Assembly (NCBI GenBank): GCA_977017645.1
Contig: OZ360222.1
Coordinates: forward strand, 81,530,001-81,594,000
DNA: 64,000 bases
Direction of reading: 5' to 3'
Origin: Torpedo marmorata
Taxonomy: Eukaryota
This document shows, piece after piece, positions 50,601 to 63,740 of this stretch. The notes beneath the pieces were generated by a model. That model was not told where the DNA came from and did no database searches. It saw nothing but the letters and a program-made list of their open reading frames with translations. The position numbers and the translations under genes are program-made. Each line of letters opens with the position of its first letter. The stretch's first letter is position 1.

Positions 50601-53186
50601 TTATTGCAGCATCCCTTCATTCAACTGACAACTTCCCTGTAGCTGAAAGAGTGTTTTGTATGTAGTAGAGTGTTATTTAAGCACTGGCTGCAAACATTGA
50701 GCCTGTCATGTTGCATTGTAACAGTTGCCAAAACCTGTTAAGCATCAATAGGTCTGAAACCAGCAATGTAGCTTTCAGCTCAAAAACTCAGCAATGCTAT
50801 TCTCTTGTTTCCATTCATGCAATTTTCAAAACAGTATTATGATGACCTATGATGAAAAACAGGCACAGAGCAATTTCTGTACAAGTTTTTCATCGGATGA
50901 CACAAACAGGATATTCATATTTTGGAATTAATATTATTTGAGCAAAGGTGGAGAGAATAATTCCATCATGAGTGACCTTTTAGAAAGGGCTATTACTGTA
51001 TTAGATGGTCCAAAATATCCAATTTTCCAGTATATATGCCATGCATAACGTAGAAATATTAGGTATTTCATTTGTTGCTTTCTTACCCATCTTATTGTTG
51101 ATTTCTTTCCCTGGGGTGGAGGAATGCGTTAATACAACAATCACATTTCCCTGACTGCTATAAAACATCATTTCAAGACATTTTTTCACAAAGTTTTACT
51201 CTAATAGAAACCTTTTTTCATTCACCTTCTTTTTCTGTTAGTTATGATACTAGCAAAAGTAAAATGAAGCACCTTTAATTTGAACACATAGATTTTATCG
51301 TTGTTAGCTTTCAAGAGTCCAAATTTTTAGGCTCGGCAGGGCCTATTTGGCGCACATTTAAATAAAGGGGGAAAAATAGGAACAAAACATATTTGGTTGT
51401 CCCTCTCCCTTCTACCTGTGTTAGCTTGTGTGAAAAGGATAGCCATTTCTCAATACTTTTGTAACTGTCACACACTTGGGGTCTGCAAAGTTCTTTTAAA
51501 AAATTGCTGAATTAGCTGAAAGGAGCTATAGACCTCAAGAACAAATCTGCTGGGGACTGTTGAGGGAAGAAGAAAGAGTAAAACATGACACACAACAGAA
51601 CAGCTAACAGATATCTGGAGAGGGTTGCCCTAATGCACAGCTGCTGCCTCCTTAGCTCATCCTCTCCTTTTGTCAATCCAAGGCATTGTGGTTGCATTTG
51701 TGCAGGGATTTATAGTTTATCTTTATCTATTGCTTCATCTGTAGGTAGCTATTATAGATGCCTCGACTGGTTATTGTTTGGGGGTGATAGATCTGTCTGT
51801 ACTTCATCAAAGAAACTGGAGTAGCTAAAAGCCATTGGGTGAAGCTTATGATGAAATACGAGCCATCAGCTTCAGTAATGGCTGTAAAATTTCATAATTA
51901 CATGTCCTTTATTACATTGCATAATGATCCTGAAGCAGTGTGAAACAATTAATTAAGATTTTGAACCATGGCTTTTTTGAAATTAAAAGGTACTCAGTCT
52001 GTGAAATGGGGAAGTGGCTTTCCTTTAAAGCATGAAGGAGACGTGTTCAGGGAATGTGATGTATTGAGCCTAGATTTGTAAGATGCACTGAACTAAGGAA
52101 AATTCCTCTCAAGCAATCATAAATGAAGTATTTTGCACAAAATGTAGTGTCATAGCATCCTAGATTAGACTTGTCACAACTGCCATTTTCCATAGCTATT
52201 TGCCTCATTCAGTGTTTTAGGTGTAGCTGATAAGAAATTGAGTGACTTGTAAAGTGCAGACATTTTTTTTTAAAGAAACAACTCTTGTTTAACATTTCTT
52301 TGCAAAGGCTTTATCAGTTTCAAAAATATAATGCTCAAAGAATCCATCAAAATATTTGATTTTTTGTGTATTCGCGCTGAATAAATTGTGTACAATAGAA
52401 ACCAACAGATTCACAATAAAGAACTTAGATGGAGAAAAAGTTTATTTTGCTATTGTTATTTTATATTCTATCTATACCATTACTGCTGGCAGACTTCTAG
52501 TACTATTTTAGTACACAACTGCAAAACATTTCAATGTGTGTTTAAGGATTGGATGAATAAAACATCATCGTGTTTTAAAGAGTAGTATTTGAAGAACAGT
52601 ATTTAAAGTAATAATTGTCAAGATAAGAGGTAATTGAAAGTGAACAAATAAAGATTGTCACTCAATTGGTTGGCATGTAGGCTTGATTTACTATGGTGGA
52701 GGATTGAATTTGTTTTGTGTGTTTGTTCATTGTCTTTTTACTAAAGTAGTCCAATAAATCCTAAAACTGGCTTTCGACAATGAAAAACAAATGATCAGGT
52801 TGGATAAATTTAGATTAGGATCTTGAATAAATGATTAACTTTGCTCACTGTGTGGCTGGACAAAATTTGAAATGGATATCTATTTGATTAAAAGAACATC
52901 TAAAGGATTACAAAATTAGGGTAAAATTTAGGATGTGCAGTAAACACATATTATAGTACCTTGTGTGTCTGTTCTACTTCCAAAATTTAGTTAAATTAAC
53001 TATAGTAGAACCAATTTCCTGGAATGAGTACACCATGCATATGCTATGTTTAGTGAAGGTCAAATGTTTTCCTTATAGCAAGGATTATGTCACAGTTATC
53101 CAGCACATGCTAGTATTTCACAGAGCCACAGACAGTGGTCATTCAGCCAAAGACCTTTGCAGTTTGCGGAGCAGACTCGATGGGCC

Positions 53187-54070
53187 CACCTACCACCCCA
53201 CCAGCCTCCACATCCAACACATCCTCCTCTGCCATTTCCGCCACCTACTACGTGATCCCACCACTAGACACATATTCCCCTCTCCTCCCCTCTCCGCCTT
53301 CCGCAGGGACAGCTCCCTCCGTGACTCCCTTGTCCACTCCTCCCTCCCCACCAATCGTCCCCTTTGGACCTACCCCTATGACCGTAGGAGATGCTCCACT
53401 TGCGCCCACGCCTCCTCCCTCAGCACCATTCGGGGCCCCAATCAGTCCTTCCAAGTGAAGCAACATTTCACTTGTGAATCTGCAGGGGTTATCTACTGCA
53501 TCTGGTGCTCCTGCTGTGGTCTTTGCATCAGAGAGACTGGACGCAGGCTGGGAGATCACTTTCTTGAGCACCTCGGCTCTGTCCGCCGCAATAGCGTGGA
53601 TCTCCCAGTGGCCACCCATTTCAATTCTCCATCCCATTCCCTTGCCGACATGTCTTTCCATGGTCTCATGTACTGCCAGACGGAGACCACCCATAAATTG
53701 GAGGAACAACACCTCATCTTCCGACTGGGCACCCTCCAACCGGATGGCATAATATCGACTTCTCTGGTTTTCGTTAAACCCTCTCCCCCCACCCCCTGTG
53801 TCCCCGTCGTCTCTCCATTCCCTGTCTCCTTTCGCACAGATATGATAAATTCTACCTAGTCCCTTATCACAACCAATTAACACCTTTTGTTGGTCTGGAT
53901 TCCTCACCCATTGTTTGAATTCTGAGACTTTCTGATATATCCTGCTTCTGCCTTTTCTGATTTTTCATTGAAGAAGGGCTCAGGCCCGAAACGTCAGCAA
54001 TATATCTTTGTCTCCTATAGATGCTGAATAGACCAGCTGAGTTCCTCCAGCATTTCGGTGTTTTTACTAC
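53187..54070 (+). mobile_element. Penelope-like retroelement 3' part (GIY-YIG endonuclease + terminal repeat)
   Basis: ORF reads FTCESAGVIYCIWCSCCGLCIRETGRRL..HFLEH...PVATHFN...KLEEQHLIFRLGTLQPDGI, the PLE GIY-YIG signature. Inserted in a CR1 tail (gactcgatgggcc | ctacttctgctcct). Confidence 0.9.
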
Positions 54071-54167
54071 TTCTGCTCCTATATATCTTGTTCTACACCC
54101 CTGCTCTTTTCCCATTTTCCTTTCCAAGTAGAAATCCAAAATGTAATTTAGATTGAAATCATGCTGA

Positions 54168-54408
54168 AATATAACCATATAACCATATAACATTTACAGC
54201 ACAGAAACAGGCCAGTTTGGCCCTTCGAGTCCATGCCAAACACATTCAACCACCTAGTCCCACTGACCAGCACCTGGCCCATAACCCTCCACACCTCTCT
54301 CGTCCATATACCTATCCAACTTTTCCTTAAACATTAAAATTGAACCTGCATCTACCACTTCGGCCGGAAGCTCATTCCACCCTCCCACCACCCTCTGAGT
54401 GAAGAAAT
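54168..54408 (-). mobile_element. CR1 3' end with an 8-bp (ATAACCAT)-type tail
   Basis: ataaccatataaccatataac..tacagcacagaaacaggcc; collinear with 19070-19280. Confidence 0.8.
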
Positions 54409-56358
54409 ATCTTTGAGTCATTCCAACAATTTAACTGACAGTATCCAAATATTAGACTATTAATAAAGAATCACACTTGGGTGAAGTACTATAGAGGTAT
54501 TTATTATTCACCTTTTAAAAGCTCAGAACATGACAACAAAATATTTTTATTTGATAATGCTATAATATAGAAACTGCACTTAGTATTAATAATTTTTTTA
54601 TTATATTCTTTAATATTTGCATCTGATTTTTAAGTATACTTGTGAAAGAAACAAAAGCAAGTAGAGAAGAATATTTTTTTCCTCAGTTTCATAAAATAAA
54701 TCCTATAATTAAGTCAGGTTGCACCATCAAAATGAATGTGTCTCTGTTTATGATTAAATGGTCTTAACTAGTACTTATTTTAAGAGAACGCTCAGCAGTG
54801 TATTGCTATAAAAGCATTGTACATAGTAAGCTCACGGAAATGATGAGGATGGATTCACCATCTACTAAATAGCTTGCAGCAGGGGCAGAAGGGAAAAAAA
54901 AATCACACAGTTTGAGGTAACGAGCTAGAACATTTCACTAGTGCAGAGTTATCTGATTCCATTAAAGTCATTACTGGCAGAGTGCACAGGTGCCTCCCCC
55001 TCCCCCTTCCCTCAGCTATTGCTCACATATTGCTGTGTGGATGCTGTGTGGATAATGGTGTCATTCTTACAAAAATCCGGGTGTCGTTGCCTCTGATCAC
55101 TTGTCATTCCTTAATGGAAACAAAATAGTCCTCCCAGTAAGAAACCCAATGTCATTTCACTACCCCATGCTGTCCTAGCAATAGTCAAATGACAGAGTGA
55201 TTCTCAGTAGGAGTAATTAAAATGTAAATATTGATATTTTATTATTTGAAATTACTTTCCAGTGCAGCATTTAATGTTGCTCCATCTGTGCAGCTCTGTT
55301 TAGTGGTCACTTAAGTGCAGCTCTGGGACATGAAGCAGCAGTTCAATCCTGTCATGTCAAAATGCTTGTTCCTGCTTAATTTTGATATCTAATTAAGTGG
55401 AAAAGTACAGTCCAAACTGTAATCCAGGCATCTTAAACAGCTGCTTGGGTATATTTAGAATTAATCTTGGCTATGAATTGTCTTAATGTATGCAATTAAG
55501 AGTCTGCGCATTCCTAATTAGGTGTATTAGAATCATGCAGCTTCCCATCCTGGTATAGACTTTGGGATGTCTGCCTCAAGAGTAAATGATAATGCTACTA
55601 AATGGATTGTGATAAACATGGCAGTGTTAATGTATTTTTTTCATTCTGCATTGCCGCTGCATAGAGTTTCATTCCTTGTTTCAGTGAGATGAAAGCAGTC
55701 TCTGATAAAAGCTGAAACAACTTCAGTCTGCTCAATGGCACCAGTCTACATTTCAATATGCCTCTGTTACACAAACTCAAGGGGATTAGGCGCTAAAATT
55801 CTTTAATTTTTACCCTATTTACAGTCTTTTAGCAACCTTATATTGATTGAATGTTGAAACTCTATTTGCATGGAGGCATAAAAACTCCCATTTTGTCAAA
55901 TGTGCATGGTGCACTTTTTTGCTAAATGTTCAAATATTCTTTGATTGAGTTCAAGCAAATATTTTCAAATCTATGTGCATTTAGAATTCAGGCAAATGCC
56001 TGCTCATGGACTTATGCAGTTATAGCATGTTATGTGATTCAGTTGCAGTTTTGCTTTTCAACAAGTATTGGAAAACTTATCTGCTCTCATCTGTTGTATA
56101 TTGACATATTTTTGACAAGTAGGTAGCTTTTCAGATATATTTTAGCTATACATTATTAAATAATTTAACAATATTACTGTAGCTATATTATTTCATGTAG
56201 CTTAATTACGACTGCCTTTCTTGGCTAGATAATAAAAAAATGTTTTTAAAGATTCAAAATTCCTTTATTGTCATGTAATCATACAGAACGTGTAATATTA
56301 CATGAAATTATTACATGTAATAATATAATAATAATAGTAATTACATGGAATATTACAT

Positions 56359-57152
56359 GAGCGTGGGAGCGGAGCGGAGATACAGCGCTCCCGCGGGGTC
56401 CAACCACCCAGTCGACTGCCGTCGGTTCCGCACGAGCTTTGAACGACCCGTTGAGGGAGCCGACGGTGGTTTTATTTACGATCCCGCGACCACGGGGTCT
56501 GCGCACAAGATGGCAGCACCTTTTAACCGGCAGCAGCCACGAGGTGCTGCAGACTCCAGGGAAGCGGAGGACTGGAGCAGGGCACCAGAGGATGGGAAGA
56601 TCACTCCCCCGTCTGAGAAGGAGAAGCAGAGGAGGTGACCCATGGGACGGTGACCACGGCGGCGGACCAGTGAGGGGCTCTGAGGCTGAAGGACCAGTGC
56701 ATGCGGCGGGCTGCTGGCGACTCGAGGCGAGGAACCTGCAGAGGCTGTGGGCTGCTGGAGACTGCTGTCGGGGGACTCACGCCGGGCTGCGTACTGCTGG
56801 AGGCTGGCTCGAACTGGCTGGAGGAGTACCAGGTATCGGAACCGGGATGCGAGGGGGTGCCGAGGGCGCCCTGACCGTGTCGGCAGTCTGGATCTGGAGC
56901 TCGGGTTGCCGATGGTTTGGACTGGACTCTGTGTGGCTGCGGAGGCTGCGGAAGCGCTGGAGGTGAATCTACAGACACTCGGTGACTCTGGGGGGACTCT
57001 CTTTTGCTTCTCTTTCTCTGACTGTAAGGAATGTTAGAGGCGCTTAGGCAATTTCTGCCGGTGGCGAATCTGTCTGCCTTGCAGCAGGCAAAAAGAAATT
57101 TCATGGAATATGACACTGTCTTATTACTATGACAATAAATTGAATCTTGAAT
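56359..57152 (+). mobile_element. GC-rich non-coding retroelement with Rex1-type tail, inserted in an antisense relative (56248-56309 + 57151-57180)
   Basis: Near-identical to 22755-23549. The flanks match the 3' end of the 15470 copy and join up when the insert is removed. Confidence 0.85.
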
Positions 57153-59461
57153 TGCGTTCTGCCTGCCATAAGACAGACATAAATTTTTCATTCTCTTTCT
57201 GAGGTATAAAATCTCAGGTAGCTTAGTGAGTTAAACATTTTCCAGTGCTCCATTTGAATAAAGGGCTGGGGTAAAGGTTATGGTTAAAATAAACTGTTAT
57301 CTTTATAATGCACAAATATGCCTGAAATTATATTCCTTGCATATTTGATCTCCACAGTTTATTCGAATATAGAATTGTGTTTAGTGCAAAGCCACTTTGT
57401 CCTAATATGACTGCATCATGACAATATTAAAGATATTTTTGTTTTCTGTGAGAAATGAAAGCCAGTAACTAACACAGCTATAATAAAGTCCATCAAAATT
57501 GATGAATGAAATTCACAATGGAAATGTCACCTCTCCTGTGGGGGAACTATCAGCTCACTTCTGAGACAAAGATATTGCAAAGGGAACTTCCAAAATATTA
57601 CCTGCTTCACTAATGAATTTTAGAGTGACACAAGCTGCATGAAAATGTGTGCTGGGCAAGTGGAAGTATTTTGTCTAATTTTCATAATGACCATGTCATA
57701 AACAAAACGTACATTGGTCTGTTTAGGCTTATTTTCATCATAACAACAGTTTGCAAATCATTTTTCAAATAAGATGGCGCTCATTTGAAATGGTGTTTTT
57801 TGGTATATTTTTCATCAGTTTAACATTGGGAAGATCAATCACTTACTAATTTTGATCACGAAGGTATGCTGTCTGAACTTAGGTTTCTTGCACAGTTGCA
57901 TAATTGTCCACCAGAAGGTGTACAAGAGCAATATCAGTCCATTGCTGTTTCATTTGGCTCAGGTCATATTGTACTGACGTCATGCGTTGGATCGCAGGGA
58001 AAAGTTGTGCTTCATACTGTTAATTTTGCACTTTAGCTGCTGTATTGCAGAGAAAATAGCCGCACCTAGATTTGTTTTTTGAAAAAAAATTACAATAGGG
58101 CCAAAACATGTTAATGTAGGCAAAAGAAAATGCATGGCAGCACAACTATGTTTTAGTGGGGCAAATAACTGGGGATTCCAAATAAGGTTCAAGAATTTCA
58201 GCATTATCTCAGTCAAGATTCTTCTCTACCACAGTAAAATAAAAAGAGGCCACACTTTATAGATAGAACATAGGTCAAGAGTTTGTTTTTAACTCTAGAT
58301 TCCAATATCTGCATGCTCTTGTTTATCCATAGGTCAGATGTTTTACAGCTTTCCTGAAACTTACTGGCCAAAACATGCCACCTACTGTCATGAATTTTAA
58401 TGTATTTTACATGTCCCAGCAAACATGAAACAAAAAAAACCAGCTGGCCTGCTAATAAATCAATAAAAATAGTTAGTTCCATATATGAAGATTAAATGTA
58501 TCCATTCTACCTCAAAGCTAAATTACGGCAATGGTTTACTTCTGAAAAATAAAACAGTTGTTTTCATTTTATCCATATAAATGTCTATTTCAGAGTCACT
58601 GGATGATATTTATTTGCCCTTCACACACACAAGATGTTTAGACTCTTTCAGATGACTGAAGTGCATCACTTCACCTATCCAAAAGTGCTAGACAAGCGCC
58701 ACTGGCATTAGCATCACTGCTGAGGCCTGCAGCAGAACTGGGGAGACTTTGGAGTTTCCGCACACGTAAATGTCAATACAGTGCCTTCTCCATCATCAGC
58801 ACTAAATTCACTTTGATGCCTCTTTTCTTCTCTTTATTGATCCCTTCATGAGAACGTAGATTTGTATCTGTTAATTAATGCATCCTGAAACAGCGTTTGT
58901 ATTAATCAGTCAGATAAGAAAAATTGGATGCCTGCACCCGCATGACAACCGTAAAAGTGCTGCCCTGATAAAATCATTTATAGGCCTCAATAAAAAAAGT
59001 TCCTCCCTCCACTCAATAAACTAATCATCCTGCTTTTAATTATTAGGCAGAAGATGTGTGTAGATTGGGAATGTGTAAATCTAATTATTTACCAACAGCA
59101 GTGGCAAGGGTTGTGAAAAAAAGCCTCATCATTGGAACGTGCTGCAGGCCACACATACAGACAGTCGAGTAATTCTATGAGCATGTCTGCTGTGGGAGTC
59201 TAACAAAAGATAAACTCTTTTCCCATTAAATTAAGTGTGAACGAATATTTTTGTAAGTGGGCTAAGTGTTGTTAAAAATCATTTCTGAGGCAATATTCTG
59301 CAATTTGATAAAAGGGTGGGGGGGGGGGAGGTCTCGGCTGAGCAATCTAACAAAGAGAGCTTTTGCTATTGTCCAACATGATAACAAAGTGCAAATGATT
59401 TTGGGGATCATAATGTCTGATTGACCATTGAGTAATATACCCACATTCCACTTACATCTTG

Positions 59462-59666
59462 TGTCGTGGTCGCGTACTTACCTTCGTTGGGAGCGGTGCT
59501 GGCCGCCGCTGATGATGTAAACTGTAGTAAATCAGTGTTGTTACAAGTGGTGACCCCGTGAGTTCACAGTTCCAATCAGTCGCCTCCTTGCATGGCTCAG
59601 AGGCTGAGGGGGGGGCTGTCGTGGTCACGTACTTACCTTCGTTGGGAGCGGTGCTGGCCGCCGCTG
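59462..59666 (+). mobile_element. Miniature LTR retrotransposon (TRIM-like); 3' LTR truncated
   Basis: 84-bp TGT...ACA LTR, PBS TGGTGACCCCG, ~70-bp internal region, PPT GAGGGGGGGG, and a second LTR copy 49/50 identical. Confidence 0.8.
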
Positions 59667-59845
59667 CCCAAATACCCCTATTAACCTACAACCCCCATAC
59701 ATTTTGAAAGGTGGGAGGAAACTAGAGGAAACCCATGCAGACACGGGGAGAATGTACAAACTCCTTACAGACAGCACCGGATTCGAACCTGGGTCACTGG
59801 CGCTGTAATGTTGTTGCACTAACTGCTACTCTAACCATGTCACCC
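59664..59845 (-). mobile_element. V-SINE lacking its 3' tail
   Basis: Reverse head and V-domain; abuts the truncated LTR. Confidence 0.85.
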
Positions 59846-61879
59846 TCTAGTATAGAAAGAAGAGGCTGTGAGGTTTTCACACATTGCACTGGGGTTTGGA
59901 GGAGAGGGAGTCATAGAGGAGGAAGTAGAAATTTCTTGAAGGAATCCTCCAGATACACTCTTGAACAGTGAACACAGTTGGGCCTTAAAGTCAATACTAG
60001 GAGGTCTCACCTGCACAATTGGTTGCTGTGCCTCAAGAGGTTAAGTGACCTCATAGTCAAGGTCAGTCAGAGCATCTTTGGATGCCATAATTTACTAACT
60101 GCACAATTAATCTCAGACATTGCTCAGTACGTCACATCTTTAATACTCACTTATCTTGGTGGTTAATTAAATATTATGTGGAATATGACTTGCTTTAAAG
60201 TTGATATATCTGGGTTGTTTATTTTGTGATGGTTTGGCATTGTAACGGAGACTGAAACAGTCATTGCTGAGGTCAATGAATGTTGAATATCATTGAATGT
60301 GGTTGAGAATACTGGTAGTTCACTTGGAAGAGCTCCTCATGGATAGCGCAAGAGAAAGTGCTTATCTGGATTCGCTCTGTTCTTCCTCTTCTGCCTCTTC
60401 TTCCTACTCAGGGATCTGTTCAATCCTTTTTATTAGAAGGAAGTACTGTCCCAATGTGATGACAAGATTCTGTAGCATACAACAAATTCCCATGATCTGT
60501 ATTACACTTTGCCAATTCTTACTGGGCTGCTCCAAAGTGGTGCAAGAAGCAGAAGTAACATCTAATCACAACAAATGTCAGATTTTGAGCAACAGCACTT
60601 CCTCCATTGTATTTCTTTCTGTAAATATATGCGTGGATTACACATGGGAGTCATCTGTGTCATCTGGAAATAGTATTGTCCATTCGCCACAACTGAGTTA
60701 TCTGTGATGGCTTAACTGAAACTAGCACAGCAGTCTGATGTAAGAATGGCAGTGCTGTCCTTTTGAAGACATATCAGCTGGATTCTGAAGGAGTAGAGTT
60801 CCTTATGTTTCCAATATAGACCAGAGTTTGTGACTGATATGTATGCAATCAAAGCTGAATACAGTTTCTGCTTGATATTTTCTGACAGGAGAGAATGAGA
60901 AGTAATCAGTTCTCCACTCTTACACTAATGAAGATGACACATGCTATGATTCTGAAAATACCTTCAGTTCCAGTCAAGAATGGGCTAAACCATAAAGTTC
61001 ACTCCCATGTCAACCTTGACAGCCACTGCCTTAGCAGTCATTGCCTTGTTCTAAGTTTTCAAGAGCACATATAGTAGGTGCCAGATTTCAATAATGACAA
61101 CCTTTTTGGAAAGCACATGTCTAGACCCCATTTCTTACTTAAACTGTCTCCCTAAACACAATGGATAGATATGGCACCCTTTCTTCCTTCTCTTCTTCCT
61201 CCCTTTTGTATTCTGTAAACCTTCAATGCAATCTTCCAGTTACACTGGATTACTATCGGAAGGCCTACTAATATATCCATGCCTGGGAACAACTGTTTTC
61301 TGCAGAAGCCATGATGTGTGCAAAAAGTCCTTCGGTACCTAATACTCCATGAACGGCGGAGATTTAAGGCTTGAAGCAACCATAGAAAGCATCAAATCTT
61401 TGCAGAATCACAGCAACAGTCTGAAGAAATTGACCTGTAATTACTTAATGATCCCCTTAAAATCCACTGCTGAATGTTACATGCGGCTGATGGTCACATC
61501 TAGCATGCTCATTTAAGAAAAAACACTAGCTCAAATGTTGCGCCCCAAAGTACTATCCCTGGCATTAAATTATCATGATGCTGATTTATGTCATGGTGTA
61601 CCTTTACCGCATACTTTCATCCGGCATTCAGTCTATGCACTGATGCCACTATGAATTTGACACCACGTGTGATTCACCCCTCTGATGCCATTTTGCATGT
61701 TTAAAGACACTCATAATACTCAAATAAATCATTCTAATGCTGTGACTTCTGTGCCGTTTATATTAAAACTTAGCGCTCTGTATCTTTCGAAAATAATATA
61801 TAAAAAGAGATGTACAGGCCTGTTCAATATTGTTATTATTGAGGATGATTTTGCTGTTGGCACATTTCTTATGAAGATA

Positions 61880-62260
61880 AAATATTGCAGATGCTAGAAA
61901 TATGAAAAAAATATTGAATTTTTTGGAAATATTCAGCAGGTGAGGTCACATGTGCAGAGGGGGAGATAGAATTAATAGGAGACAAATGCTGGAATTTGAA
62001 GCTCAACACAATCTGCTGGAGGAACTTTTGATGAAGGGCTCCCGTCCAAATCAACAACCATTCTTTTCTCCCACTTTATTATCTCCCATCTTCCACTCTT
62101 TCATTAACCATTGCTTTTGTATTCCCTTCCTCTTCATCTTTTCTCTGCATCTTGTATCCTGGATGTCTACAGCTACTCTCTGTACTGGTGAAAGGCCATT
62201 GACTTTAAATATCAACTCTTTTTCTCTCTCTCTTCACAGATTCTGTCTAACTTGCCAACT
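61880..62260. mobile_element. Decayed Penelope-derived fragments
   Basis: tgcagatgctagaaat, atctgctggaggaact and tgatgaagggctcccgtccaaa motifs shared with the other Penelope-derived copies. Confidence 0.5.
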
Positions 62261-62315
62261 GTAATTTGTTGGATGTCCTTTTACCCATGTCTTTCAACTG
62301 TGTGTGACCATAAAT

Positions 62316-62410
62316 ACACACATACACACACTCAAGCACAGGTACATTCACGCGCACACACACACACACACGCACGCACGCGCACGCACACATGCACGCA
62401 TACGCACATA
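62316..62410. repeat. (CA)n/(CACG)n compound microsatellite
   Basis: Read directly from the sequence. Confidence 0.9.
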
Positions 62411-63740
62411 AACTCACACTGGTTTGGTTCATCCCCTTTGATGGTTTTATTAAGTGTCTTTACTTGACTCTGCTAACTGGCATTCCATGGCATGTCACTA
62501 CCAGGACAGAAAAACACCTCAGAAGCTGTAAACCATTCTCCTCCTGTTAACAAGATTGTAGATCTTAGCAGTGAGGAGATAATAAATTAGTACTGTAGTT
62601 GGTATAAACAATAGCCTGAAAGACATATAATGAGCTGTTTGCCATTAGTGGTCTAGTTAGACAGGGATGAAGCAAACTGATTCATGTAGCGAAGCCTTCA
62701 CTGTGACAGCCTTGCCTGAACAGATGTTTTCAAAATTTGCCCTCCCTTGATGAACTAGTGACGGATATGCTTTTCTTTTACCACAGCTGTGGATACCTCT
62801 GCCTCAACAATAGTAAAAGCAACATCACTTGCATATTTAATGCTGTGCAATAGAAACATAATTCAGTGGAAGCAAATCTACAGGAAAGAATAAATGTAAA
62901 CTACAATTTCATTTACATGTAACCTCTGAATGTTGGACATTTGATACATCCTGCAAAACAACCATGCCTTGTGTTCATTGCAGTCCTTATGTATTACTCA
63001 TCTAAATTCTTGACAAGTTTTTTTTGAATGGTTAGAATAGGATCTCCTATGATATTACCACATTCATGCTTATTCCAAAAGATGTTCATGAACCATAAGT
63101 TGCAAATTACAACAGGGTAAATAAGAAGAACTTCTGCCAAAAGAAATCCATCCACTTTGTTATTATGGGTCAGGTCAGTGCAGCATTGACCTCAGCCTTG
63201 TTCTGTCCATATTGCTATTTATGTGATAACAATTCATCAGAGCTATAAAATTGGGCAATATATATACAGTATATATACTGTATGTGCATATAAGATTTCA
63301 AAATATTAATGTGGCATTAAAATACATTAATACTATAATATAACAAAAATAAATTTGAGATGTATGTTCTGTTGCAGAATAAGAGGGTAGAGAGACCGTT
63401 TCCTACCAGCCAAATCAGGATTTACAACATTTAAATAAGAAATGGCAGTCCCTGTTCATTTAATTTCTCTCTCCAAACACAGGCCCATTATTTTCTTTGA
63501 TTACCTCTGTCTTTTACCCCCCCCCCCCAAAAAGAAATCTCATGTAATTGAACGAGTTATTTCTCTGGTGGTTATCCTGTGTGCATTGGCTTGATTCAGG
63601 GTTTTATTTGATGGATAACAAAAATGGTTCTAACAGTGAATTAAAGTAATCTGCTTCCACCCTTGCTATATTCAACCCTGCTTTGTGACACTGCCGTGTC
63701 CCCAGTTTATAACACTGCCATGTCCCCCTTTTCTTTCCAG

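Noticed and set aside
52963-53859. 298-aa ORF as a novel protein
   Set aside because: It is a chance read-through from intron into the Penelope GIY-YIG frame, and the YIG motif is decayed.
56279-57191. Overlapping ORFs and a CpG island suggesting a gene or promoter (also 22675-23505)
   Set aside because: They lie within a repeated GC-rich element. The ORFs differ between copies and have no recognisable domain.
59474-59483. tacttacct as a U1 snRNA 5' end
   Set aside because: No further U1 similarity; it is part of the duplicated LTR.
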